Of a stretch of DNA of 64,000 bases, positions 41,764 to 54,396 are shown piece after piece; positions within the stretch are counted from its first letter, which is position 1, and every line of letters begins with the position of its first letter. The notes under the pieces were generated by a model. That model was not told the origin of the DNA and searched no databases. It saw nothing but the letters and a program-made list of their open reading frames with translations. The translations under genes and the position numbers were made by a program. Source of the DNA: Octopus sinensis (taxonomy: Eukaryota); contig NC_043009.1 of assembly GCF_006345805.1 (NCBI RefSeq), forward strand, positions 34,534,001 to 34,598,000. Reading direction: 5' to 3'.

Positions 41764-42669
41764 TACACACACGCAAACACACACACACGCATACACAGAG
41801 GCGCATGTAAAAACGCTCATATTTGTTTTACTCTTTACTGATACATTTAATCACTACCCTCTTTAGATTCTATTGCGCTGTTGTCGTAGGTAATAATTTT
41901 ATAATTCGTATTTATTTTCTCATTTTTTTCTAAGCGTAAACGCCATTGGTTATTTTTGAAAATATTAACTTTTTGTCTGAATAGGGCTCCGGCTTGCAAC
42001 CAAAACCAATCACGAGGTTATTGGCTTTTCCCTGTACCCTCAAACATCTTCTCCCTTTTATTAACCCCTCCACTGAGTCTTAAGATCCGTTTCAAAGAAA
42101 ATTAATTGCATAGAATCTATAAGATATCAATCAGTTACAATTAATACTAACAGAAGGAAGAAAAACAGAACACAGAGCATAACATAACATGGTACAATGC
42201 ACTTTTTATTTTAGCCTTGTTCAACCCAGTTGCCGGAGCTTTCTACCATTTACAAAACATATTCCATTATAGATACTCCAGGATTTTAAACAAGAATAAC
42301 AAAATTATCTTAGACCACTACAGTTAAATCGCACTAACTCTAGTGCCTTCTAACCTAAAATTTCAGCTCCACTAAATACGCTAATGTATAGACGAATACC
42401 AATTATAACCAAAGTAAGAATTGTAGCATTTTGTAGTCTAAAACATAGCTAAGTCCTATATTGGCAATAAGTGATTTTATAGTTTATGCTAGAAAGCAAT
42501 TTTATCCCTTCTATTTGTTAAGTGAAATTTTCTGAAGAAACATATCAAAAGGAAACAAAACCTCGAAGTCCTCGTTCCACTATAAACCCAGAACTTTACT
42601 AACAAAAATGTTTTACTTTTTATTCTAGTTCTACCTGCCACACCTCATTAGATACTGGAGATCTAATTA

Positions 42670-43947
42670 TTAGGTTGTTCCGAAAATAATGGCCGCTCTA
42701 AGTGTGTTTTGAAACGCAATTTTATCATCGTATTTTAATAATTGATGTATGTATGTTTAATAAATGATGCATGCTCTTAAAAAATGTTCTACTTATTTCA
42801 GACAGAAAACATTCTTGAAGCATAGGCACCCTTAATTATGAACATGACAAAAAAAAGACCTTCGCTTACTTTTCTTGCATGAGTTCAAGCTTGGACACAA
42901 TACCTCCCAAACTGCTGCCAATATCAACAGAGCATGGGGAGAGGGATCCACAAGTGATGGCACAGTACGAAGTTGGTTTCAGAAATTCCGTAGTGGTGAT
43001 GAGAGCCTTGAAGATGAAGAAGGTAGAGGACGGTCATGCAGTCTTGATAATGAACAGTTGAAAGCAATTGTTGAAGAAAACCCAGGTCAAAGTGTCAGAG
43101 AAATATCTCAGGCACTTGGTGTGGGTATTGCGATGGTCTCGCGCAAACTTCAGAAAATTGGTAAGGTGAAAAAGCTCGATAAATGGGTACCAAATGAGCT
43201 CAATGAAAATCAAAAAGTTCAGTGTTTTGAAGTGTGCTCGATGCTCTTTCTGTGAAACACCAATGATCCTTTTCTTTGACCGAATGGTCACTTGTGACGA
43301 AAAGTGGATCCTTTATTATAACCGTAAACGATCAGGTCAATTGCTTGATCGTGATGGGTCCCTCAAGCATTTCCCAAAGCCAAAGTTGCATTAGCAAAAG
43401 ATTATGGTGACTGTCTGGTGGTTTTCAATTGGTGTTGTCCATTGCAGCTTTCTTGAAGCCAATCAGAGCTTTACAGCAGAGGTTTATTGCAATCAACTCA
43501 CTGAAACGCATGCTCACTTGCAAAAAATGAGACCTGCATTGGGGAATCGGCATGGCCCAATTCTGCTCCATGATAATGCAAAGCCACATGTTGCAAGGAT
43601 GATACGGCAGAAACTCACAGACTTGGGATAGGAGACTTTAGCACATCCCCCACATTCTCCTGATCTTTCACCCACTGACTACCATTTTTTAAAGCATTTA
43701 AACACGTTTCTTAGTGATAAAATTTTCAGGTCCAAACCAGAGGCGGAATCAGCTTTCAAAGATTTATTAGCATCAAAGCCAACAAGTTTTTTTTATCAAC
43801 AAGGCAAAAAAAAAATCTCATTGATTGATGGCAAGATGCATAGATGTTCACGGCTCACACTTTGACTAATCAAAAAATTTCTATTGTTAATTTTTCCAGA
43901 ATACGATTATGTATCTGAAATCGGCCATTATTTTCGGAACAACCTAA
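42670..43947 (+). mobile_element. Full-length mariner transposon (~1.28 kb) with disrupted D,D34D-type transposase
   Basis: Perfect 26-bp TIRs ttaggttgttccgaaaataatggccg, TA TSD; WVPNEL, TCDEKW, HDNA and HSPDLSPTDY motifs; stops and frameshifts. Confidence 0.95.
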
Positions 43948-44439
43948 TAATTCTTGCATTATAGTTGCCTCATCAGCATTCTTCTTCGCCTTCATCTTAA
44001 TTTGATTTTCTTTCTTCTATTTCCGCTACTTTACTTGCTACCCCGAATACATCTGACCTTGTATATTGGTGACTTTAGTGTCAAAATATTTTCTTGACAA
44101 TGAAAATCTAAAAATTTACGTGTTTTGCAAATTACGTTCTACTTTGGAGTACAAGAATATTTAATAAACTTTTGATCTCAACACAAGTCGAAAGGTGGGT
44201 TCTTAATTTTAGTGTCTACAGATTTGGTTTAGTGGATTGTTTAGGATATACTTGACTCTAGTCCGCCTTAATAAAGTGAACCCGGAACCATGTGGTTGGG
44301 AAGCAAACTTATTAGAACACAGCCACGCCTGTGCCTATATACTTACATACATTTATATATATAGTCATACAGATATATACATATATTTAGACACACAAAC
44401 ATGTATATTCACATAGATACACACATACACACAAATATG

Positions 44440-44477
<38 letters not shown>

Positions 44478-44480
<3 letters not shown>

Positions 44481-44537
44481 TATAGTGGTAAGTATCTGCC
44501 TGTCATAAGGAGACCAAAGTTTGATTCTCGTTGGGGA
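44478..44537 (+). pseudogene. Degenerate tRNA-Asp(GTC)-derived sequence
   Basis: tggtatagtggtaagtatc..gcctGTCa..ggagacc...gtttgattctc..gggga resembles eukaryotic tRNA-Asp; acceptor stem lost. Confidence 0.6.
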
Positions 44538-44540
44538 AGT

Positions 44541-44585
<45 letters not shown>

Positions 44586-45049
44586 TCTATCTTTCCTTTT
44601 TTCTCTAATATCTAATTTGCTCGTTGTCTAGCTGTCTAAAATATTTCTGATTAATAACTAAATATAAACACTTCATCTAAATGTAAAATTTATATCATTT
44701 AATTCTTTGCTTGAAGAATTTCTAATAGGTCAAAGGTACTTCTATTTCTCTATGGCAGAAACGAAAAAAAAACAAAACAAACAAACGAAGAAAACAACAG
44801 CAAAAAAACCAGAAAACATAACTGTTAAGCAAGACCCGTGGTTTGTCGTCATTATGTAACTCCGAGGGACCCCACTATGTATATATTAACATATTGATTA
44901 TAATGGCGATTCTTTTGAAAACATTCGCATCATATATACAGCTATAGATATGTTTACACGCACACTCACACGCACCCACGCACGCACAAGCACACACACA
45001 CACACACACACACAGATACACACACACACACACACACACTCACATATAT

Positions 45050-45125
<76 letters not shown>

Positions 45126-47174
45126 TATATATATATAAAGAGAGAGAGAGAGAGAGAGAGAGGAGAAGGCATCACGTTATCAGCCTTTGAGCACAATGAA
45201 TCGGCAGTAAAGGACCACAGAGTTTTGATCTCTGGAGTCGTGATGGAATCATAGGAACACCATCAAGAGAGACACGGCACTCACTACATAGGGGACTAAC
45301 TTTTTGCTAGATTAGCACCAGTGAACACTAACCAGACACTTAATCCAGGCCGTATGGAAAAGATTTTTATAATAATATTTTATATATAGAGATAAGTGTA
45401 TGGACATACATAGGAAGAGCAAGCGTTGAGTTGCTGGTGCTAGTTTAGATTACCGCACGCTGAGTTTTACACCGAAAACTTCCAGCTAACACGGCAATAT
45501 ATGGAGCTGAATGTTTAATGAGTAGAATGTAATACATTTAAACAGGCTTTCATGAATTCTTGGAATTCTCTAATAACCAGTCAGAGTGCGTCTGTTGTGG
45601 AGGATCTGTTATGTTGGAAATAATATGAAAGAAAATGTTTATAGCGTCTTTATGGCGGTCGAGGAGCTTTATGTAAATTAATCAATTTTATCAATAAAAA
45701 TTCATTTACTTTTTAGAGAATTTGAGAAATATAATCAACATTGCAGAAATTAATAGTTCAGTATCTGATCTGTATATCTATATCATTTTAAATTGTGCAT
45801 GGTAGAAAAAAATGATTCTATTTCCATTTTCTATTTAATTTTATAGATTTCATTAAAATTTTTATCTTTGATAACCAAATTACACGAATGCGCACACACA
45901 CGCACAAACACACAGATACACGCACATACACGCACATACTCGAGGCTATAAATTATAGAACTCAATATACAAATGCAGACTGATTTTATACATTATACAT
46001 TATAACTGAAAGTCTCCTAATTCTCAATATACTGAGTTTCACGTTTCGGTTCTTCTAGCTGTTTCCCCTTGAATTATCAGCTGTTTGAATATATTTTTTG
46101 AAATATTATACAAACGTTGTCAATGAAACACGTTTTTTAAAAGAAACCAAGCAAGTGGTATATGTAAATGCAGTTGTATCAAGTTCACGTATTTCATTCC
46201 ATTTATGGCTCTCGTGGGAATACTTCAAAAGTGTTTAAGCTTAAACAAGAGTGGTCACTCTAAGAACTGTCCTTATGAAATTGCGCTGATTACGAAATAT
46301 TTTAACAATGGCAACAACACATATACAGATATACATCCACGCATAGTTCCACTCATTTATATACCTACATACATGAATACATATATACAAATTTCAGTGT
46401 AATCACATAAGTTCAAATTTCTTGGATCAAACTCCTACAGAGGAATCACAATACCTTCCTTTCTCGTCAGTTGATGGATTTACAAACACGGATTTCCACA
46501 GAAACTAGAAAATTATCTCTGGATGCTTTACAAAACACAAACCAGCCGCTCGAAATATTATTATTGCAACTAAGAGTTGTTGTTGCTGACGATGACTTTC
46601 GTGAGTTAATCATTTCTATGATCTCTTTACTGCCTCAAATATAACGCGGTAACAACGTGCTAGGATCAGCATTTCATTTAGATACAGAGGAAGTCTTGGA
46701 ACGTTAATAGATTTAGAGATGCTACTTGTTCAAGCTAAACATAAAGGATTAATAAGGAAATCTGAAGAATCCTGAAAATGAAACATTGCAATCGAACACA
46801 AAGAGAAATTACCTATAACAGGCAATTTCTACACGCTAGGAGACAGTGAAAACGACCGAAAACCACAAAATTCAAGCAATTTCAAAGGGAATGAAAATAT
46901 AAAAACTTTTACCTTGTTTTTACAGTTATACCTATAGGTTTCGGTATTTTTTTTAGTAAATAAAGTAATTTACTAGGCGAATTTTCATCTGTAACCGAGC
47001 CATCCAAGACTAACCTATAATTATGAGACCAATAGCACGTGTTTCATCCTTATATATTATCATTTTTTCAAAACCCACCACACAAGCGCAGTTTCAGTCG
47101 GTAGAAAATGAAAAATGCCGAAACGAACTTTGGAAAGCTAATATCGATACTTATATATATATATAAATATATAT

Positions 47175-47851
47175 ATGTAGTTATACAATTAAGGGCTCCT
47201 AAATAAAGATGCCGAGTGCTGGGAACACAAAAAGGGGATGAGTTTATCGAGAGTGAAAATCAAAAACGTTTACCGATAACTTTAACAACTCAACTACATG
47301 AATAATATTTTTCTATATGAATAATATTTTTGTCTTATGACTTATTCGTCTTTTGTGCTGGGCACCTGGTAGTAAATAATATTACTACCCTTCTTGTTTA
47401 TATTCGCATATCACATGATGGATTTATTCGTAAAATTCTTCCCGGCATGCCCGTGTAAATTTTGCGTCTGCGCAGAGATTTGAAAAGTTAAGATCTGCTA
47501 GTAGTCGGGTTCAACACATAGTCCCACATCGCTGCAGACCTCGATTAAATTTAGGCGACTCGCTGATGAAGCTGGCCTTAGCAAACATATTCTGTGTTTT
47601 GCTAGAAAGAAGCAGAAACCGCGGTACGAGTTGTTAAAGTTATCGGTAAACGTTTTTGATTTTCACTCTCGATAAACTCATCCCCTTTTTGTGTTCCCAG
47701 CACTCGGCATCTTTATTTAGGAGCCCTTAATTGTATAACTACATGAATAATATTTTTCTATATGAATAATATTTTTGTCTTATGACTTATTCGTCTTTTG
47801 TGCTGGGCACCTGGTAGTAAATAATGTTACTACCCTTCTTGTTTATATTCG
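47175..47851 (+). mobile_element. Non-coding HHR-bearing retrozyme/pLTR-like insertion in (TA)n
   Basis: 47175-47291 is the reverse complement of 47628-47744; 47292-47406 directly repeats 47737-47851 (445-bp period); HHR lies between. Confidence 0.85.
47555..47634 (+). ncRNA. Type I hammerhead ribozyme
   Basis: gcgactcg CTGATGA a gct...agc a GAAA ccgcgg TA cgagttgt; palindrome ACCGCGGT; predicted cut after A47626. Confidence 0.88.
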
Positions 47852-47907
<56 letters not shown>

Positions 47908-47909
<2 letters not shown>

Positions 47910-48844
47910 CATTAAGGACTGAACACGAAAAGTGGACAGTCAACATGCTAGATATAGACGTCAAATCGCCATTCACCACAAAAGATTATGTTCTCAGATC
48001 AAACTCAACACAAAACCATAGCAATAAACAAGTGAAAAATATACGAAATACAATAATTACCCATGTACTAAATTAGTTTCAGCTGTTATTTTCCGCAAGG
48101 AAAACTGCAGCCATCATCAGCATGGTCCGTTATAAATGTAATTTGCTGGACTAGATGCAAACACGATACCGAAATATCGCGTGCATGGAGTTCAGCCTAT
48201 TACATTTGAATATATCTCTCAAATGCCTTTACTTTGGCGCGTTGGAACCCGAGAAAACTAGACTGCAGCTAATAATTAGCAGCAGTTAATTTATCGGTTA
48301 GAGAACATATTTATTTATATAAAATTAATTAAGGGTAGAAATTGATATTTATCAATTAAGACCAGTGGTCTAGCATATTAAAAAAGAATCCGAAGATTAA
48401 AATATTTATATTAATTAATGAATTAATTTTATATAAATAAATATGTTCTCTAACCGATAAATTAACTGCTGCTAATTATTAGCAGCAGGTAATTATTGGG
48501 TAATTATTGTAATTATTGTATTTCGTATATTTTTCACTTGTTTATTGCTATGGTTTTGTGAAACTAATTTAGTACATGGGTACAGCTGAAACTAATTTAG
48601 TACATGGGTAATTATTGTATTTCGTATATTTTTCACTTGTTTATTGCTATGGTTTTGTGTTGAGTTTGATCTGAGAACATAATCTTTTGTGGTGAATGGC
48701 GATTTGACGTCTATATCTAGCATGTTGACTGTCCACTTTTCGTGTTCAGTCCTTAATTGGTATATATAATATTTTAATCTTCGGATTCTTTTTTAATATG
48801 CTAGACCACTGGTCTTAATTGATAAATATCAATTTCTACCCTTA

Positions 48845-48853
<9 letters not shown>
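47908..48853 (-). mobile_element. HHR-bearing non-coding insertion with multiple inverted copies, in (TA)n
   Basis: 47908-48085 inverted at ~48582-48760; 48271-48408 inverted in two pieces at 48421-48480 and 48768-48853. Confidence 0.82.
48061..48125 (-). ncRNA. Type I hammerhead ribozyme
   Basis: Minus strand: ccatg CTGATGA t ggctg...cagct GAAA ctaatttag TA catgg. Confidence 0.85.
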
Positions 48854-48918
<65 letters not shown>

Positions 48919-48921
<3 letters not shown>

Positions 48922-51302
48922 ATCAAAATAAAACATGATGCGAAGGATTCAGCGGTACATATGTTTCGGGCCTTTATTAGACAGATTTATAACAATGCAT
49001 AATGTATGTCTGTGGCCTTCTTCAGCCGCGCACAACAGCTTCCACAAGGACATGTGTTACATCAAAAATTCTTGGTGGGGATGCAAATCCTCTCATTCGC
49101 GTACGACATAATGCGCAGCAGCATAGAATTGAAGCGTCCATCTCTTTCTTCTCTCAATGTAGAATGAGGAAAATTTGGATGTTGAAGTAATGTAAATAAA
49201 TAAATACATATATAGACGTGAAGATGGAGGGGCGAGAATTCAGGACGAGGGATAAAAAATGTATAAAAAGTGTAAGTATAGAAAAATATAAAAATGTAGA
49301 GCATAAAGATATAAAGAGATATAAGGAGATGTAAAGGGGGTATAAAGAATATAAAGAAATATAAAGAAATATAAATAAATGTAAAGGCATAAGGTTGTAA
49401 AGTAAAAATAGAAATAGAAATAAAAGTAAAAGTAAAAAGTAAAAAAATAAAGATAGGAATAAACATGATAAAAATGTAAAAAAATATAAAAAAATATAAA
49501 AAAATATAAAGATAAGGGATGTATAGAGGTTACGGACCAAACATGGTGGTCAGGAGATTGATAAAATTTAGTTGTAGAAGCTTTGGGTGTCAATAAATCA
49601 ACAGTTTCGTCTGGGGACCTAATGTGTTGTAAATCGGAGCTGTTGAGCGTTTAATCTGGTTCTTTGAATTAATTGGTCATCTAGTACATACATACCATCA
49701 TGGATACACACACCCATATACACGCGTACATATACGCCTCCAAGCCTATAAGCATACACACGCACTCGCGTGTAAACATGGACATAAACACACACACACC
49801 CACACGCACGCGCGTACATATACATACATACAACAGAATATCCGCATGTATACACGGACACTATACGTGTACACACCCATATGTACATACGTGCGCCCAT
49901 CCCTACATACACATACGCATATGCCCACGCTTCCAGGTTTAGATATAAGATATTAAAGGATGTATATAAGAACGTATGTAAAGAATCACGCACTCACGTC
50001 TACACGTGCACGCACACACGGCTGTGTGTCCATATGTGCGTGCACATATACACTTACATACACACACAGAGACATACGCGCATATGGGTATAGCTATAAG
50101 ATATTAAAAGATGTATACAAATAGGTGTAAACATATGAATATAAGAAAACATGTAAAAAAGAAATACGGGGTATGTACATCCAGACGTAGATGTTTACTC
50201 GTACATATGTACATATATGTATACGTATACATACGTACACGGACGCTCGTATAATCATAAAGTGGATCCATAGGTAAGTAAATAAGGGATAAGCAAAAGA
50301 AAATAGACATATATAGAGATGTAAAGCGATAAGTTAGGGGTAAGAATGAGGGTAAGGGTAAAAATTAGAAATAAAAGTAAGAAATACAGTATAAAATAAG
50401 AAATACAATGTAATAGTTAGAAATGAAATATAAAAATTATAAAAATTATAAGAGTTAAGGTAAGGGATGAAAATAAAAATGAGAATAAATGGAAGTAGAA
50501 TAAAAGTAAAAATAAAAGTAAAAATAAAAATAAAATAAAATAAGATAAAAATATAATTTGGTAAAGTTTAACATGAGAAGAAGGTGGTTGAAAGTTAGAG
50601 GTGTGTGTTAAAGGTGCCCACGTAGGGGCGGGCGGGGGGAACTGAAAATTGGAAGGGTGGGAAGTGGAGTTTGGCGGTGTGCGTTCAACATCCTAGTTAG
50701 AAATGTGAAAGGGTATAGATATAGGGAAATAAAGAGACTATATAGGAAGGATATGGGTGTAGGAGAAGAAATATGTAGGGAAAAGAAGTCATATATGGGA
50801 GACAAAATCTGTATATATAGGAGGAAAATGCAGGGAAACATATATGCACATACACACACCCACACACACACACACACACGCACACACACACATATATATA
50901 TATATATATACATATACGTACACATATGTGCACATACATATATATACGCACACATATACGCATATACACGCACTTATAGGAAAGCGGGATGTGCTGGAGC
51001 CGACAGGTTGCACCGGGTGGGAGGAAATGCATGGGGGAGTTGGGTAAACCTAAGCTTTGTAGTATTTGAAAGTATTAATAAGTTTGTGTATACAGGATGG
51101 TTTGAACTCTGACCTTTTGTTAATAAGATTGTGTTTGTCTTTGAATTTCAAGATGTTCAGGAGTTCTACACAACATAGTTGGCATCCTGCTCTATTATTT
51201 AAATAAGGTGCAGCTGATCCGATGATGGACCACCTGAGTTTGAAGCCTATGCATTTGTCTTTTAATTCCCAAATTCTTTTAGAAAGGGAGGTGCTGTTAG
51301 CC
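48919..51302 (-). mobile_element. 5'-truncated Penelope-like element (Naiad-type GIY-YIG C-terminus, ~2.1-kb low-complexity 3' UTR, terminal HHR), (TA)n both sides
   Basis: 51301-51050 translates ANSTSLSKRIWELKDK...CQLCCVE...LINKRSEFKPSCIH...KYYKA*, homologous to 18081-18510; not in ORF track. Confidence 0.85.
48952..49029 (-). ncRNA. Type I hammerhead ribozyme
   Basis: Minus strand: gcgg CTGAAGA a ggcc...ggcc c GAAA catatg TA ccgc; palindrome ACATATGT. Confidence 0.82.
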
Positions 51303-51303
51303 T

Positions 51304-51370
<67 letters not shown>

Positions 51371-51974
51371 GGGTAATATAAATTTTTACAAATTTCACTA
51401 CCAGTGGCCTAGCATGTATAAAATGTCAATAGACGACATATTATTCAATATAAAATTTTGTGGTTTTCGGTCGTTTTGACTGTCTCCTAGCGTGTAGAAA
51501 TCGCCTGTTATAATTAATTTCTCTTTGTGTTTAAATGCATTAATCAAATTAATATTCAATTTTTCCCCCTTATTATTTTAAATTAAAATTTAAATAGTTA
51601 TGTTCTCTAACTGGCAAAATTTACTGCAGAGAATTATTTCCGGTAGATTGGCGCGCCTAAACGACATTTTTGAAAAAGTAACCCCAATTGTATACATGTT
51701 CAATCTCATGCGGACGTCTCGTGTATAGTTCTGTAAATTATACTTGCTAAGACTATCACACTGACGAGTTGCGGATAATTACGTAAATGATTACGTAAGC
51801 ATTAACAACGAAACCTGGTTTGTGATTAATCTATATTTTGTATCTTTTCCTTTGTCGTGCTCGTTTACGTTCTGGTGTTAGCTAAATTTCCTTGAGAACA
51901 TTCCTTTCTTAATGGTAAGACCATAGTGGATCTTCTTCTAACATAATGGATGTCCACTTACAGGTCATTCCTTG

Positions 51975-51975
<1 letters not shown>
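51371..51975 (+). mobile_element. HHR-bearing non-coding insertion in (TA)n, related to 47908-48853
   Basis: Shared blocks accagtgg(c/t)ctagcat and tatgttctctaac...actgc...aattatt; HHR at 51755. Confidence 0.72.
51755..51826 (+). ncRNA. Type I hammerhead ribozyme
   Basis: atcaca CTGACGA gttg...caac GAAA cctgg TT tgtgat; stem II extended by a ttacgtaa hairpin. Confidence 0.82.
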
Positions 51976-52026
<51 letters not shown>

Positions 52027-52096
52027 GGTCCCGGTTGAGTCGGGGTTAACCACAGTAAATAAGGTACTCAATACATAACAGAGTAAATTAATTTAT

Positions 52097-52209
52097 TATA
52101 TAGAAGGAGCTTCTACAGGACTAGAACTGTTTCATTCAAAAGAAATCATCAGGAAGCTCCTGATGATTTCTTTTGAATGAAACAGTTCTAGTCCTGTAGA
52201 AGCTCCTTC

Positions 52210-52215
<6 letters not shown>
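52097..52215. ncRNA. Palindrome made of two back-to-back type I hammerheads
   Basis: Minus strand 52158-52108: agcttc CTGATGA tttc tttt gaat GAAA cag ttctagtc ctg TA gaagct; same motif on plus strand at 52155-52204. Confidence 0.8.
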
Positions 52216-52261
<46 letters not shown>

Positions 52262-53181
52262 ATACGTACAAGCATTTACTTTGGAATGTCAGAATTTCCT
52301 TCTATAGTGGAAGGCTTAACTAACAAATAAAATGAAAATTGTTACTTGCTCATATCAACTATTCTTTTCTTCTGACAACATTAAATTATTGAAATACACA
52401 TTTCCATCGCCCCCTAATGTTGCTGGTGTCTTTGATAGTGCTAATGTCGTTGTTGTTGCCGTTGTTACCTTTTTAGCATTTCGATTATTTTTTTATTTCA
52501 GGTTATTTTCGTTTGTGCTGACATCTTTTTTTGTTTCTGAATATTTCCATCAAACAAATGTTAGAAATAGCTATTGAAATATTTAGGGACATTTTGACGT
52601 CTTAACGGACTTTCATTTTGCAATCTTAAAAAAAAACTCTCAAAATCACAAAAATATTGCATGACGAATCTCCAGATTACTTGAATAACTAATTCAATGT
52701 TGTTCCGTCCGCAGTTCAGTATCGTTTCGTTCTTAGCATTTCTCTCGGTTTTACGTTCCTTCATCTCATTGTATCCTTCTCATATACTATTCATAAGTTT
52801 TAGTTCCTGTTTGTCATGCAATGCGTTGTCCTTTCCAAATTTAGAATTCCACTTAGCAGCGACAGAGCATTAAGTCATAAAAATATGGCAAATTATTATT
52901 TTATGGAATTGCTGAATAAATTCAAGATAATTCTTGATGAGAATAGCCAACTCGTCTCCATTTAGTTTGAATCCTCCTCGTTCCCCTCCTCCCCCTCCTC
53001 TTAACGTCTCCTATTCTCTAATTACGTTTTATCATTCTGTGTCGTTAAATACTTCATAAAAACGACACACTATGGCAACACACGCTGAAAATTATCCTTT
53101 AATATCATTAATGAGCGACAACTGAAGAGAAAGCTAAGTTGACAGAGCCGAAAATCAGCCGATAGGTAGTGCATTTTGTGG

Positions 53182-53215
<34 letters not shown>

Positions 53216-53300
53216 ATATATAAAACTGAGAATGTGTATCTGTCTGTATGCCTGTCTGTGTGAATCCTTAAAACTCAAAAACTTTATATATATATATATG

Positions 53301-53538
53301 TACAAGATAAGAAAATGGAGAAATACATCTAAATCAAATATCAATTACCAGATAATACTCAATCACATACTTTATTAACCACCACATAAGAGACTGTAGG
53401 GTTAAACATAAAAAAGCAGCTGCTTTTTTATGTTTAACCCTACAGTCTCTTATGTGGTGGTTAATAAAGTATGTGATTGAGTATTATCTGGTAATTGATA
53501 TTTGATTTAGATGTATTTCTCCATTTTCTTATCTTGTA
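53301..53538. repeat. Spacer-less 238-bp palindrome at the start of a ~410-bp module in (TA)n
   Basis: Arms symmetric about GCAG|CTGC (53419/53420). Confidence 0.92.
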
Positions 53539-53709
53539 TTAGTAATTTGTGGTAAATCATTTTACCTTTGCCCATATAATACCGTAAATGAATTGATTGC
53601 ATCGCAATCCTTAACATTTATGTATTAACTTTGTTGGGTACTTCACTAGCAGTATATTGGATATATGTTATCCCATGGAGGGTTGCATTTACAACCCCTG
53701 TCTCAATTT

Positions 53710-53766
<57 letters not shown>

Positions 53767-53769
53767 TAA

Positions 53770-54365
53770 TATGAAACAAAAATGCAATACAGGACATAAA
53801 ACATTCGGACAGACAGACGACACAAAGGCGGCCAGGAGAAATAACATTAGAAGGATAGGCAAAAAAAGACGGATCACTCGTGGTCTTCTTTCCTCAGTCA
53901 AGTTACCAGAAGTCCTTACTGCCTCGGGTAGTTACACTTGAGACAGTTCGATCTGGTTGCCCCCAAAAAGTCAAGTTAAGAGCATTAGATCTTTTTGTAA
54001 GAAAGCTGGCGAATGTGTACAGCAACAAAGACAAAAACGGAGAACATTGTACATAATTACAAATACAAACAACGAAAATATAACAACAGGTATCTTTCGA
54101 CTGAGAACGAATCAAATTGAGCTGGCGTGAATGAAGTGAAAGCCTAAAGGCAGGAGCTCGGGAGATGGGCGTAAGAGGTGTTGATGGTCGGCAGTCAGGC
54201 CAAGAAAGAGAGATCACTACTTGTCGGACACAGGCCACGTGGAAGGAAGAGAGAGGGGTAGGGGGCAGCAGGATTGAAGGATTAGAAAAAAATCAGAGAC
54301 AAAAGGAAAGGTACAGTGGAGATAAACGAGGGGGAAAAGTGGGAGCCAAAGAGAGTGCCAAGAAT

Positions 54366-54396
<31 letters not shown>

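Noticed and set aside
42844-43869. Active mariner transposase or SETMAR-like domesticated gene
   Set aside because: Multiple stops and frameshifts; intact TIRs indicate a dead transposon copy
46755-46795. CTGAAGA...GAAAC hammerhead-like match
   Set aside because: No UH cleavage triplet in register and no stem I
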